From NCBI GenBank assembly GCA_027604505.1, contig JADIIX010000131.1:1-64000 (forward strand): a DNA stretch of 64,000 nt, in the 5' to 3' direction. Made by a program: the position numbers and the translations under genes. The notes beneath the pieces were generated by a model that was not told the DNA's origin, searched no databases, and worked only from the letters and a program-made list of their open reading frames with translations. Each line of letters begins with the position of its first letter. Positions within the stretch are counted from its first letter, which is position 1. Source of the DNA: Gonapodya sp. JEL0774. Taxonomy: Eukaryota. This document shows, piece after piece, positions 1 to 13,030 of this stretch.

Positions 1-219
1 TCACAATCACCTTCTCAAACATCCATACACTCGCCCGCCAACCTACTCCCTTCGACACCCAACCACCCCCCACACCCCCCCCCCCCCCCCCCCCTCCGTC
101 CCACCCCCCGAACCCATTCCATTCCCAAACAACCAATCCAAAAATTGCCTCGGGCGTCGGGGAGGGTATCAACTAGCCCATATGGACCCCTCTCTCTCTC
201 CCCGGCGGGCAAACCCGCA

Positions 220-728
220 TCATCTCGGTGACGCTCCAGATAGCTGGCCTCACGGTTCGCGCTTCGCTCAAGTCCGGGCCGGGCTCAACAACTCACGCGA
301 GACATCCATGGCCTGTGATCCTTTTTGATGAAGAAGAGACAGAAGATTCTGTTGTCGACTCTGAAGTAGAATTTCGGAGATCTGACGCGGAAGACCTGTT
401 CGTCTGCATGGGATGAGGGTGATTGAGGTTGAGAGAGGGAGTTGGAGTTGGAGTTGGAGTTGGCCTGAGCCAGGGCGATAGACTGCTGGATTGAGAGTCT
501 CCTTCTGTTCCTGTTTGTAGTCCAAGACCAAGAGTACTTGATTGGAATGAGAAGTTGGTCTTGGATGAGTTGTCGGAACACTCTGTCGTTGTGGAGGTCA
601 GGGAAGAAGAGAGAGTCAGGCTGGACCGCGTTGATGTATTTGATCTTGTCATTGATGGAGAGAGAGTGAGACCAGGGGAATGGGGGCTCCGATGGTTCCG
701 GGGGACTTGGGAAGTCTGGCTGAGTCAT
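220..728 (-). CDS. Hypothetical protein (2-exon model; ends uncertain)
   Basis: ORF MTQPDF...FYFRVDNRIFCLFFIKKDHRPWMSR is followed by a GTGAGT donor at ~296 and a CAG acceptor at ~244. No recognisable family. Confidence 0.35.
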
Positions 729-1539
729 GGGAGTGGGGGATGGGATGGGATGGGAGTCCGGTGGGAGTGCGATGGGAGGATGATGCACAGTGCGAAGGGT
801 GCTATGAAGTGTCCACAGGTCCAGTCCACTGCGATGACGTGTCCAATCCAATCCCCGTTCCAAACTCGGTCGGCTCCTCCCTTCCGTGCTTTGGTCTGTC
901 TACCCCCACACACCCCCCCCCCACCCCCGGCCGCTTCCCCTTCCCGTCCTCCTCTCTTTCCCTCTTTTGTTCCCTTCTCTATTATTACTGCTCATAATCA
1001 CTTCCAATATCTACTCACTGCATGTGACCCCACTTTGTGGATCCTACGGGCCAGTGCGGTATAGCTCTAGATGAGTCGAGTGGTTTGTCAATATGTATGG
1101 GTGGTATCCTGATTAGTACATACACGTACTGCCATGTTGAAGGCTGTCCTCGGGTTTGGAACGGAATTTTGTGGAATGGCACGTTGGGGTAAATCAAGCA
1201 TTTTACCTATCCAAATGCAATCACCTGTTAACCTAGCTGACTCTGCATAAAGGCAAGGTTTGAACCTGCTCGAACCCAGTGGTGCCGGCGACAAGACCTG
1301 TACCGTCGTCCAGTCCCACGCTCCGCCTCTGTTTCTTAAGACACGAAAACAGCAGTTTAGAAATAAAATGTACTCTAATCTACACCAAAAGAAGGGGGGA
1401 AAATATAATGCAATCGATAATAGTGTCCTCCAACCGTCTATTCCACGCCACTCACAAACACGCCCGGACATCCCACTCAACTTCAGCGGCCAAGTCCCAC
1501 CCCACCTCCCCACCCCATCCGACCCGCTCCCCTCTCCCA

Positions 1540-2306
1540 TCACAGCTTCGCCTCACTTTCCCGGCGGGCTTCCCGTTTCCCCTTCGCCTCCCTCTCCGCG
1601 TCCCTCCTGGCCTTCTCCTCGACCGACACCAGCTCCCCCTTGTGCACCACGATCCGCTCGTCGGGGTTTCGCCGGGGGATCCGGAACGCGCCCGTCACGT
1701 GGTGGTGGTAGATTTCGAACGCGGACGTGGCGTCGGAACCGGCGATTTGGTGGAATACGGTTTCGCCGCCGGCTGGAGGGGTGGGTGGGGGGGAAGGGGT
1801 GGGCGGGGGGGTTTTGAAGGTAGGAAGGAGTGGGTTATGGTTTGTAGTTTGGGTGTTGCGTTCAGGGTTGATTGGGGGATTGGTTCAGAACCAGAAGGAC
1901 GAAGCGGGTGTGGATCGGGACGGCAGAATGTGTTGACATTGAGATTGCGAAGCATCATCCGTCGGGGCCAATCACCACTCCCGAACACCACGTAGAAAAC
2001 AAGGCAAGGAAATGGCCGGACGAGAGTGTCCGGTTGGCGGAAGCTGATGTGTTCCAGATCACTTTGGGTGGGATCGGAAACCGACCCCACTCCCACTCCG
2101 ACCCACCCCCCGTCCCCCACCCTCCTCCCTCCCCCCATCCCCCCACCCCCCTTTTCCCCACCTCCCATCTCCCATCTCCCGACCCCCGACTACGTACGAT
2201 GAAACCTCGCGAACCTCGTCACGTCGTAAACGTGTCCGTCGATGACGACCCAGCAGTCCTCGGGCGTGGCGTGCCGCGACACTTCCTCGCGGGTGTAGTA
2301 GGACAT
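1540..2306 (-). CDS. Cytochrome b5-like heme-binding protein, soluble, C-terminal PTS1 (AKL); 113 aa
   Basis: Exons 2306-2198 and 1772-1540 (GTACGT...CAG intron) splice to MSYYTREEVSRHATPEDCWVVIDGHVYDVTRFARFHPGGETVFHQIAGSDATSAFEIYHH...RRESEAKL*. The HPGG and AGxDAT..F...H b5 motifs are present. Confidence 0.9.
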
Positions 2307-2773
2307 GATCGGGGGTGCGGTTTTCCGGAGGTGAAGTGGGGGGCGCGGGTGGTGAGGAGGGTGCCGGGATGGGGCGGGAAACGTGAGGGGGGATTGTGGG
2401 TTGGCCCAGACACAGGGCCCAATGACTCAGTCAACTGCCCACGCCACACTTCCGCGAAAACATTTGCAGACAACCATCAAGCGAAAGAAAAAGGCAAATA
2501 GAGACATTTGACCACCCGCGGTTTCGTATATGTATTTTGTTGTGATGAAAACACAATAAAAGTAAATTAAATAATTACTTTAGATACAGAAAACATTCAG
2601 CAAAATCGTACATTTAGAATGGAGTACAAAGTCCGGTTGTACCTCACTTCGCTCGACCTTCCTTGCATTCTCCCATCTCTTCCGCTCCACTATCATTTAC
2701 CCATACCATTTCTCTTTTTCCTTCCGCCCGCGCTTCCGCCCGCGCTTCCGCCCGCGCACGCCGCCGCCTCCAC

Positions 2774-5700
2774 TCAAAACTCGAGCGAAATCGCAAAGTA
2801 AATCGACGCGATATCCGCCGTACTGGCTTGGTACGAGTACGCATTTGTGCGCTTGGAGATAGTGGAGAGCGTGGCCAAGTCCGCATCGCCGCCAACACCG
2901 ATGCTGAAGATATGGAGCTGGAGGACGGGAAAGGGAGGGGGTGAGGGCAAGGTTGCGATTGAACGTGAGTCGAAATCGTTATTGCGAGGGAAAGAACAGG
3001 AACAGTGGGGTGGATGAAATGTGTGTGGAGATACAGCGGTCGGAGGACACTCCTCACAATCCCCACCAGCCTCATTCACGTCCCGCATCGCTCATGTGGT
3101 GTGCTCACCTGATCCGACTCCGTTCCATCTGGTAGCGCCGCTAACATCGATTGAGGCGTGTTCGTCGACGAACTATCGATCCCGTCCGTCAGGAGCACCA
3201 CCGCATAATTCCTCCTCACCCCCATAGATCTATCATTCGTCCTCGCCGCGCTCACGAGCTGGCTGGACATTACAACTGAGTCCCGCAGTAGGGTTTCCTC
3301 TTCCGGGAACAAACCGGCCACCAAGTTGCTGTAAGTTGTGCGGGTTTGAGAAAGCGATAGGTTCGAGGTGGGAAGAGTGTTAGGGCCTAGGATCGTGTAG
3401 TTTGTGCTGAATTTGACCAGACTAGCGTGCGTGCACCGTGGGAGAGAGGGGGGCGGCGACGTTGGTGAGTTCGTGGGCAAACACCTTGCAGCCCGATGAG
3501 CGGAAACCCCTATCCCCAAAAACTCACAAGAGAATGTCGTTGTCCCGCAATTGATTGATAAAAAGCTGCGCAGCGGCTTTTGCGGCGATGAGCTTTCCAT
3601 CCTACACAATCGTCCCAAGAAACGTGCGGAAAGTCGTCAGATCAATGCCATGCATCTGTGAGGGCTCTTTTGTCCCCCCGCCCATTGCGATCGGGAGCTC
3701 TACCCACGAATTGCATGGACCCAGACGTATCGATGACAACCGCGACCGTCACGGGCTTCTTTGCCGCGTACCACGTCTGCACCACCGTGCTCATGACCGT
3801 CACGTTGGGGTACTGCAGAAGGTGGATGTTTTCCTCGTTTTTAGTGCAGTCGACGCCGTTGGCACGGGTGAACTTGGTGTTGGTGCCGTTGCACAGCATG
3901 GCGGTCACTCCGGCGGAGCCGTTGGCGATCAGAGACGCCAGTGGGCGCAAGCCGAATTCGGGAAGCCGGTTTTGCGCGGCGCTGGATCGCAGGAAAGTGA
4001 GGAATTGGTTCGCTCCCTGCGTTCGCGTCGAGGTATGAGGTGGCGCGTGGTGGCATGCAAACTGTGTTTCTTCTCACGTCAATTTTATCCGCAGTGGCCC
4101 AGGCGACATTGTCCTGCGTACGAATCGATCAAAAATATGAAGGTGAACATGCAATTCCTACTACCCAGGAGATAAACATTACAGAAACTCACGAGAACAC
4201 AATAAGGGTGCTCTTGCCAGAAAGTTCCATCGCTGAGGTAAATGAATTCCTACAGAGAAATTGCACGTAGTTATACACGACGTTCCGCATGGCGGTGGAC
4301 GAATGCACATTCTTCGTAACTCCAACGTACCACTGGTTCGGCAATATTCGAGGCGTTGTTCACATTGGTGTTGATGACGACAGACTCGTATGTGGTCATA
4401 CCATGCAAATACTAAATTCAACCAAAATGCGATATCAGTAAAAGCCGGCCCGCCAACAAATCACAAAACGACGTCAATGAACGAACGAGAAACCACGTAC
4501 ATTGACTCCCTTGCTCAGCATGAGACTCAGCAACGCTTGGTCATTCGTGCCCATATGGTAAACGGAGCTAGCAAAGGTTTTGAGGTTGGTGAAAGTGGCG
4601 TTGCTCGTTACCAGACTCGTTGTCAGTTGAGCTCCTTGCGTTAGGTTCGAAAATGACGAGAGTGCCGCCAAGATAGACAGGCGGCCCGAATTGGAGTACT
4701 CTGGGTGTCCGTGGCCGAACTTAAAGGCTCCGTACTGAGGTTGTCCTCGGATGCTCCAACCGTCTGGTGCCGTGGCAAGGGCGAGGATGTCACGGAACCC
4801 GATGGGAGAGTCGGGCCATCCCAGAGCTTGGGCAAACGTGCGCCACATGAGAATTCCCAGCGGAGTAGTGGTTGTGGATTGGCAGGCCGTGTAGATGTCA
4901 GCGGTCTTGAAGGGCGCGCCTCTGAGCGCGGAGCGGCGGGAGTACTCTTGGTCGACCCCTGACGGTGCGGTGGATTTACCGTCGTGCTCACAGTTATTCC
5001 GAATTGAGCGTTCGGTACTCACAAAGGTAGTTCGCGGGACTCCAGGCGATTGGCTGCCAGGCATCAGTTAAGTTGGAGCTCACCGTGATGTTGACTGGGA
5101 TCCCGAAAAGCAAACGTGGGAAAACATAAACACTCAATAGCGGTGATTTCAGCTCTGATGGCTTACTCTGAATGGTTTTGGTAGATCCAGCTACTGTTTT
5201 CTGCGATAAGCAATTCAGAAGAGATGCGGATCAAGAACCCGAGTCCGGCATCTTGGGACGACAATGACTCACCTGTTGCGAGTTGAATGTTGCCGCCATC
5301 GCATTCATCCAATCCAATTTGGTATTGTGTGTCTGCACATTCACTACTACCACTCCGCCACCTGGCGAAGTGGTGCTGTTGCTGGCGCCATTCGAACCCG
5401 ATGAGGATGAATTGCTGTTATTGTTGTTTCGAACCACAACAAATGCAACGACTGCAGCAATGACGATGACGATAATTGCTCCCGTGACCATGAGAATGGC
5501 ACGACGATTCCTCTTGCGACCTCCCTGTTTTATGTCGATATTGTCGGAAATCAAGGATGGCGGCTAACACGGCTTCGCGAAAAACTCACAGTAGGAGGAG
5601 CACCAGTTTGTTCCACGTATTTGGGCGGCAAGACAGCAGGTTCTGTCGGAACAGCGACATAACCATTGGCGGCGGTTGGCAGAAGTGGTGGAGACGCGGG

Positions 5701-5932
5701 CGTAGGAGGAGATCCCGGAATTGGTGGGTAAGTTTGTGGAGCAAAGCCCAGAGGGTTGCTCAGAGGGGGCGCGGATGGGAGGGGATAGGCGAGGCTGCCG
5801 GTGGCGGTAGCTGGGTTCTCCTGGTTTGTTCAAATGGTGAAGGGAGAACAGGTTTGCTATTGGAGATCAACGCCGAAAACCAAGAAAGATTGTTCATACA
5901 TAATCATCGACAGGAGGTTGAGCTCTGGACAT
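2774..5932 (-). CDS. Type II membrane protein: Pro-rich N-tail, TM helix, bacterial-type extracellular solute-binding domain (SBP_bac_11-like) and C-terminal vWA domain
   Basis: Start MSRAQPPVDDY|ENPATA; TM segment AILMVTGAIIVIVIAAVVAFVVV; SBP-like motifs TPLGILMW..AQALGWPD.PIGF.DILALA and FKFGHGHPEYSNSGRLS; vWA MIDAS VIDTSGSM, VVLLTDG and IFSIGVGGDAD..TL..IS..T. Multiple GT-AG introns. Confidence 0.85.
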
Positions 5933-7627
5933 TGATCGAGTGAGGTGGGTTTATTGGATCTGAAATGGCGTGAACGATGAGGTGGGGGACGATGCAGACT
6001 CTGATCGTCGATGGATGAGAAAATCGACCTGAATCTGTGGTTGAGAGATGGAAGGAAGAGTGTGCGTGTCTTTCTCTCAGGAAACTCGAGTTCCAGTCGT
6101 TGATATTCCAGTGATTCAGTCTTCGTGGGTCCACAGGAGCACGTGCGTCAGTTGGGCCCGGCTGTGTCGGTGGATCCGTCACTTTACACCGGTTCCCTGG
6201 CCCCCTGCCGAAATTAATAGTTGCCAATTTCGTAAACATATTGCAGATGCAACTACTTTACCTCTGCTGTATCAAACGCTGAGAAATTAAGACTGAGAGT
6301 CGGTATGATGTGGTGGGGGAAGGGGAAAGCGGAAGAATGAAAACAAAAATTCTGACAGTCCATGGACTGCTCCCAATACTGTTAAACCTAGAATCACATC
6401 TAAGAATGGTACAAATATGCATACTATCTCGTCATAAGCGAAATGATTGACGTCTGTGTTGGGGCACGTGGTGGCAGTGAGGTTCGCGCCACTCCCATCT
6501 CTCTTTTCAAGGAAAGATGCGACAAAAGCACCTCACGCGAGCTGCATTGAATTTTGGCTGTTGACAACAACACCAAGATTTGACCAGGAGACTACTTTCT
6601 TGTTGCATCCTTCTTGGGGCAGACTACCTGCCACGTTTGGGTAAAGAGCGGTTTGGCCATGACCAGATAGCGGTAGCTCGCTTGGTGAGACGCTGCCGGG
6701 CTCGCTTACGGCTTGATTCATCCAGTTGGAAGTGCCACTGAGAACGTTTGCAAAGTGGATACAATACTCTTCGTTCAGGGCAATCCGTAACGTAACGTAA
6801 CGAAACTCTGCAATCTCTGAAAACTTGGGTTTCACAAAAGAATGTTGATGCGAGGCAAATGGCATTGCGAGAGCGTCACGCGTATCGACGGGGCGATCTC
6901 CATCGTGAAAGAAGCCAAATGGAAGGCTCACCAGCTTCGCGTTGAATGGAGCTGATATCCGTCTTCAAGACAGCTCAACTCTCATCCAGAACAAGGTCCA
7001 CACAACCTTATATGGGAAGTTCGCCACATTGAAGTTATCCGGACACAACCGCATGGGAAGCCGCATGGGAAGATCGGCACTCTCAAGATCTCTCACATCC
7101 CTCAAATCGCGCATTTATTGATAATGGTACAAATCTCTATGGGAATCACCCAAATATTTACAATTGGAAAGTCTCTTCCCTCACGGGTGCTTCGATATCA
7201 GGAATGTGGGAAGGTGGTAACTATCAGGGGTGTTTCGAACAGAGGAACTGCGGCAAGTAATAAACCTCAAGGATAACTTCAAAATGCAACGCTGGTGCAA
7301 TTGTGAGTGCGTTCATGCATGAATGCGAAATGCTCTGTGATTGCGTCGTTCCTTCATTGCGTGCTCCGCTTTCTCACTCCAAATGTTCGCATTGCAACTC
7401 TCTCCCCTCCCTTCCTGCTCACGTGTCAATACTACTGTTTTGTTCAGGTGGTCGGTTACATCATTCTCGACCGAAGCTGCAGTCCCGCTGCAGTCCGTTA
7501 CATCATCTTCGACCAAATGCAAGCCCAGCTGCAATCCAGTTGCTGTCGGTTACACCATTCCATCGAGCCATTATATTCCAACTTGAAAAAGCAGTCCAAC
7601 ATCATTCTGAGTTCCGAGCTCCACGGT

Positions 7628-10576
7628 TCATCCGATCTCATCATCTGTATCGATCTCATCATCTGTATCCATCTCATCATCTGGAAATGTCAAGTCGTCG
7701 TCCCAACCGAGCAACCAGCTCTGCTCGTCGCTTTCAACTGCCGCCGCAACGTCAATCTCTGGAAAGCTATACTTGTCGTGACGGTCTTCGACACACTTGA
7801 CCAAAGGTTGGATGGCACGAGGATCCACGCCTGGTGGTGGCAAATTGTGGTGGAACCGAAGATCCATCCGCCCGATGAGTGCATTGGCTCTCTCGTTGAG
7901 CCCCTTGTACGTCAGTACACTGCTACTGACGTCAATTGGGGAAGACAACGGACTTGATGACGGTTCACGGTCACCCCAAGTTTGGTCCGCGGATTGTGTC
8001 CCAAGTGGCGAGACATTCCAACTTGGCGACACTTGAAGGGAGGGATCCAGACTTGGCGAGAGGCCAAGATCACCCCCGAATAACGACAGCTGGAGCCACT
8101 CCTTTGAAAAGACGGGAGTTGGCGGCGCTCGCGTTGGAAATGGAGAATCAATTCTGATTTTGGAAGTGACCGGAAAAGCTATGGATCAGATAAGTTGAAA
8201 CGTTTGGAACGGTATCATATGTACCTTTCTCTAAGTAGAGCCAACTCCGATTCGCCGGGTGACGGAAGGCATCCAGACTGAGGCCGCGTTAGGGCCGCTG
8301 TATTCCCAAATGCATCAACCTCTTCAGGCGAGAGCTCATCCTGGTAAGTGTTGCCGGGGCTTTTGGTTGGCTTGTTCCGAGATAAAGTTCTCATCCTCTT
8401 GGACTTCGTCTCACTAACGGAGAGGAGGACCGGAGAGACGATGGTTCCAGGGTTAGAGAGTTTACTGGTCAACTCAAGCGATTGAAAGCATTCTCCGGCA
8501 GGCAATATGGGGTGGAAAATTGACCGTTCTGGGACAAGAGCCGATTCGAAGTTGCCCAGAGAGGGACGATGTCCAGACTGATATAAGACAGATGTGCTGA
8601 GAGAAGACTGAGGTTGCAGTACAGTCCCAATACTTTCAAATGCATTAGTCTCTTCAAACGAGACTTCATCCTGGTATGGGTCACTGGGGCCTGTGATTGG
8701 ATTGTTCCGAGAATAACTTCTCATCTTCGTCTCACTAATATAGAGCGAGGCGGTGGTACCAGGGGTAGAAAATTTGCCGGATGCCGGAAAGTTCTGTGGA
8801 TCAGATGAGTTGAAACATTTGGAACGGTACCATACTTACAGTTCTCTAAATGCCATAAATGGATCCCACTCCGATTCGCCGAGCGACGGAAAGCGTCCAG
8901 ACTGAGGCTGCGTTAGGGCTGCTGTATTCCCAAATGCATAAACCTCTTCAGGAGAGAGCTCATCCTGGTAAGTGTTGCCGGGGCTTTTGGTTGGCTTGTT
9001 CCGAGATAAAGTTCTCATCGTACTGGACTTCGTCTCACTAACGGAGAGGAGGACCGGAGAGACAATGGTTCCAGGGTTAGAGAGTTTACTGGTCAACTCA
9101 AGCGATTGAAAGCATTCTCCGGCAGGCAATATGGGATGGAAAACTGACCGTTCTGGGACAAGAGCCGATTCGAAGTCGCCCAGAGAGGCACGGTGTCCAA
9201 ACTGATATAAGACAGATGTGCTGAGAGAAGACTGAGGTTGCAGTACAATCCCAATACTTTCAAATGCATTAGTCTCTTCAAACGAGACTTCATCCTGGTA
9301 TGGGTCACTGAGGCCTGTGATTGGATTGTTCCTAGAATAACTTCTCATCTTCCTGGACTTCGTCTCACTAATATAGCGCGAGGTGGTGGTACCAGGGGTA
9401 GAAAATTTGCTGGTAAACTCAGGCGCTGCCATTGGGTTAGGGAAGTTGTCCTGGTTTCGTCGCTTCTTCAACATCTTGGGGCTGGAGATGGATGCCGGAA
9501 AGTTCTGTGGATCAGATGAGTTGAAACATTTGGAACGGTATCATACTTACAGTGCTCTTAATGCCGTAACTGGAGCCCACTCCGATTCGCCGAGCGACGG
9601 AAAGAGTCCAGACTGAGGCTGCGTCAGGGCTGCTGTATTCTCAAAAGCATCAACCTCTTCAGGCGAGAGCTCATCCCGGTAAGGATTATTGGGGCTTGTA
9701 GTTGCCTTGTTCCGATCAGAAGTCCTCATCTTCATGGGCTTCGTCTCGCTAGTGTAGAGCGGGCCCCGAGAGACGGGGGTACCAGGAAATTTACTAGTAA
9801 AATCAGGTGCTTCTATTTCGTCATGAAAGTGGCCAGCTGAGTCGTCTTGTCGCTCACTCAAATCTTGGCAACTGGAGGTGGAAGCAAATGGTGCGGTGTT
9901 CAAAACTTTTGTGGCCCCCTTGCTTTTGCCATTGACGATCGACACCTCGTTCTCATCCAGACAAACAGGTTGAGTTGAGTGCATTGCTGATTGGGTGGGA
10001 CCTAGCGGAGCTTTGTCGATGGTCTTGGGGCGAGTGTGCTTGACTGAGGGTGGAGCCAAAGGCATCCCCGCACTCCCGCAACTATTTTCATGCTGTGCGA
10101 AGTACTTTGCTTTGTGGAAGCTGGATGATTGGAGACGGGAGATGCGCTTTCGTGAGTGATTCGGTGATACATGGTCCTCCATCACGGGATATAGAGATTT
10201 GAGTAGTAAGCACGAACCCTTTCCCTGTTGATCCACAATATTGACATTGTGGAAGAGGCTTGTGCTTCTCTTTGATGTGAGCGGTGAGATCCTGTTTCCA
10301 CAAATATTCTCTTCCGCACCCGGTCTCGGTGCATTGGAATTCCCGGCGTCGGTTAACCTCATGGGTTATCATATGAGACTTGTAGTTGAATCGTCTGTCC
10401 GATGGAGTGAAAGTGGAGTTGATGTTTTGAACCGCTGTGTCGTGGAACTGAAGTCACGGGTACACCCACCTGTCGAACGTCAGTGGACATTTTTCGCACT
10501 GATAGCGTTTCGGAGGACCGTTCGTAGCACTGGGATCCTCGGTAGCTGGTTTCTGCTCTTGGATTTTGTTCGGCAT
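7628..10576 (-). CDS. C2H2 zinc-finger transcription factor with internally repeated Ser/Pro-rich region and acidic C-terminus
   Basis: Spliced N-terminus MPNKIQEQK...YQCEKCPLTFDR|RFNYKSHMITH...FQCTETGCGREYLWKQDLTAHIKEKH...CQYCGSTGKG|FHKAKYFAQHENSC. It continues through ORFs 9547-10362, 8836-9474, 8215-8724 and 7628-8032, joined by near-identical introns. Confidence 0.75.
8165..9800. repeat. Intragenic tandem duplication (~615-710 bp units, each including an intron)
   Basis: The intron sequence ggatcagat(a/g)agttgaaac(g/a)tttggaacggta recurs at ~8183, ~8798 and ~9509. ORFs 8215-8724 and 8836-9474 are nearly identical. Confidence 0.9.
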
Positions 10577-11336
10577 TGAGTATCAGCGAAGGTTCGCCGA
10601 GGATGGTGCCTTTGAAGTTGCCGCGCCGGCAGTTCCCCGAATAGGAATCACACAGAGAAGGGCAGCGTCGTGAGAGAAACGAAGAGACAAAGATTGATGG
10701 CGGACTGGTTCGTGAATACCTGCTCGCAATGTAGTCGTGAACTTTCGGGAGATATCGGCTGTGGGGCGACTGTGGCATGCAGGGGGGGATCGGGCCCAGC
10801 ACACTCACACACTCACTTACACAAGAGGCACCCAAAGTCGACTACTACTAATGAAAAGGGAATGAGACCATCAAGCTGTTTACAATAAATAAATGACGGT
10901 CACCGGCATTCTTGTCTACCCCGAGACACAGGAATCACAATGCAGACGAGAATGGCTTACGATGATCCCAGCAAGTACCTTCGGAAAAACGGTCGGTACA
11001 ACGTGAGCCACAAACGAACCGTTGACTGTGACCCCCCGCTAAGTTTATGCTGAATGCAGCGCTTTTGCATCTCGCAACGAGGAAATTTTAAGGTTTTTAA
11101 GGAACGGACCGTCCTTGGACCCATTCATAGTAGAACGAAATACAATGTGCGTTGGAAGGTCTGAGAAGTGATGGTTGTTGTGTGGTTTGGCGGCAGAGAC
11201 TGTTTTCACGGTGACTTGCTCCGTCCCTGACTGACTGACTTATCTCAACCTCACTTTAAATACTCTGAACAAATCAATATGCCCGTCTTCATTCAGGATA
11301 CTAAGCGCGATCAACTCTCCATTCTCGTCGGGCGTC

Positions 11337-12492
11337 ATGACTGCCTTTCATTCATCGCAGTCTCCGCCTCCCTCTCCCTCGTCCGAATCCTCCGCATCCT
11401 TCTTCATTCATCCCCAATCAAGAGCTCCAGCATACGTCCATCCATGCGACACCCCACAGAACTATCACTGTGTCTTTCCCGACTGCACTAAGGTTTTCAA
11501 GCGGTGGGATCCGTACCCAATTTCCTTCCGTTTCCCTGTTAGATAATTTGCGCTCTTCACGTTCGCCTCCAGCTCTAACAATCGTGCCCAGCATTATGAC
11601 ACCCACTTCCCTGATCGTCATCGCCCATTCCTCTGCTCGGATTGCCCATCTCGTTTCTTTCGGAAAGGAGATCGCAATGTGCATGTCCGTGACTGCCATG
11701 GCGGGACTCCAAACCATGCAACAACTGGCAAGTGAGCTAACGGATGCGCAGCTGTGGCTTTGTTGGTTTGGAGCGAAAATGGGGCAATGGTGGGAACCCC
11801 ACAAAAGTGTCACGCGAAATGTCGGCCTCCCAGAATGAAACGTGAGGATATATGTGTGGGGACAACCGAGTGAGAGAGCAAGGGAGGGTCAAGCGAGGTT
11901 AAGAGGAGAGAGGGTCGCAAACTCTTCACACTCTGTACCAAAACTTCTTTGTGGCTACGTTTTACAATAGTCCCGAGAGCGAGTACCCCCTCCTTGAACA
12001 CCAACAAAACTCTCTTACCGACTCGGAACCTTTCACTGGCGAACCCCTGTCGCCGAAGTCCTCCGCGGCTTCCCCTGAAGTCTGCACAACCCCATCACCA
12101 AGCCCCGAGCCGGCGCCCAGACACTTGGGGTGGGTACTAGAATTTTGTCTCATCTTCCGGACACCGCCCTCTTCTCTGACAAGGCAACAATACACAGTCT
12201 TGAAGGTTGTCCATTTTACCAAGTAACTCTGCGGGCTGAACCTATGTTGGTCCCACAACTGAATCAGGTGTACCCATCTCAAGAACCCTCGCCCCCTCCT
12301 ACCCCCATCTGTCCTAAATTTGATATCCGGTTTCCGTTGGTGACTTCGATGACAAAGCCGACACAGCCATATGCACCAATCCCGACGTCGGACACCACCG
12401 AGGCCCCTTCACCCTGGAGGTGGAACGCACAAAAGGATCTCATGCTGGCTGAGGCGCCCAGTGGACACGACGAAGAGATGCTTCTTGATTGA
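11337..12492 (+). CDS. C2H2 zinc-finger protein
   Basis: YHCVFPDCTKVFKR|SNNRAQHYDTHFPDRHRPFLCSDCPSRFFRKGDRNVHVRDCH after splicing. The 3' exons are approximate. Confidence 0.75.
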
Positions 12493-13030
12493 TTTTATTT
12501 TCGAGCATGTGTTTGGAAATCGCATCCCGCCTCTAAATGGGAATGGGCGGTGCGAACTCGTGATTGTGAGAGTGTGTTTCTTCTGGAAGAATCGTCGTGG
12601 TTAAGCGGGTCTTGGCCACGACACAGAGAATGAACGGTGGAGGAGTGGGGGGCGAACCTTTTCCTGAAGTGCGAACCTGATAGAAATTGGCTGTCGGACC
12701 CGAGAGAGAGAAATTGGGCTTTCCCTGGACTTTTCATTCAATCATGGGCCGAATTTTGAAATCGCTGGCAGTCTCACCCTGTTGGTAACTTTTAGTTTGT
12801 TAATATCTCCAGCACTTGCCTGTATGTTCAAAGCAAAATATTCTGATTACAAAATTTGAGGGATGAATTTCGAAGATTTACAGAAGGAGATGATAGTAGT
12901 GGTCATGAACTGAAACTGCAGTCAACACTCTCGTAGTGGTACCCTTGGAGGGGAGCCTGCACAGTACAAACAAGGAGTACAAGAGAGAAGTATTCCAAAG
13001 GCTTTCGCAATCTCCACGCCAAACCCCCCG

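Noticed and set aside
7303..7957. Plus-strand ORFs of 165 and 216 aa
   Set aside because: They overlap the last exon and 3'UTR of the zinc-finger gene in antisense and show no recognisable protein features.
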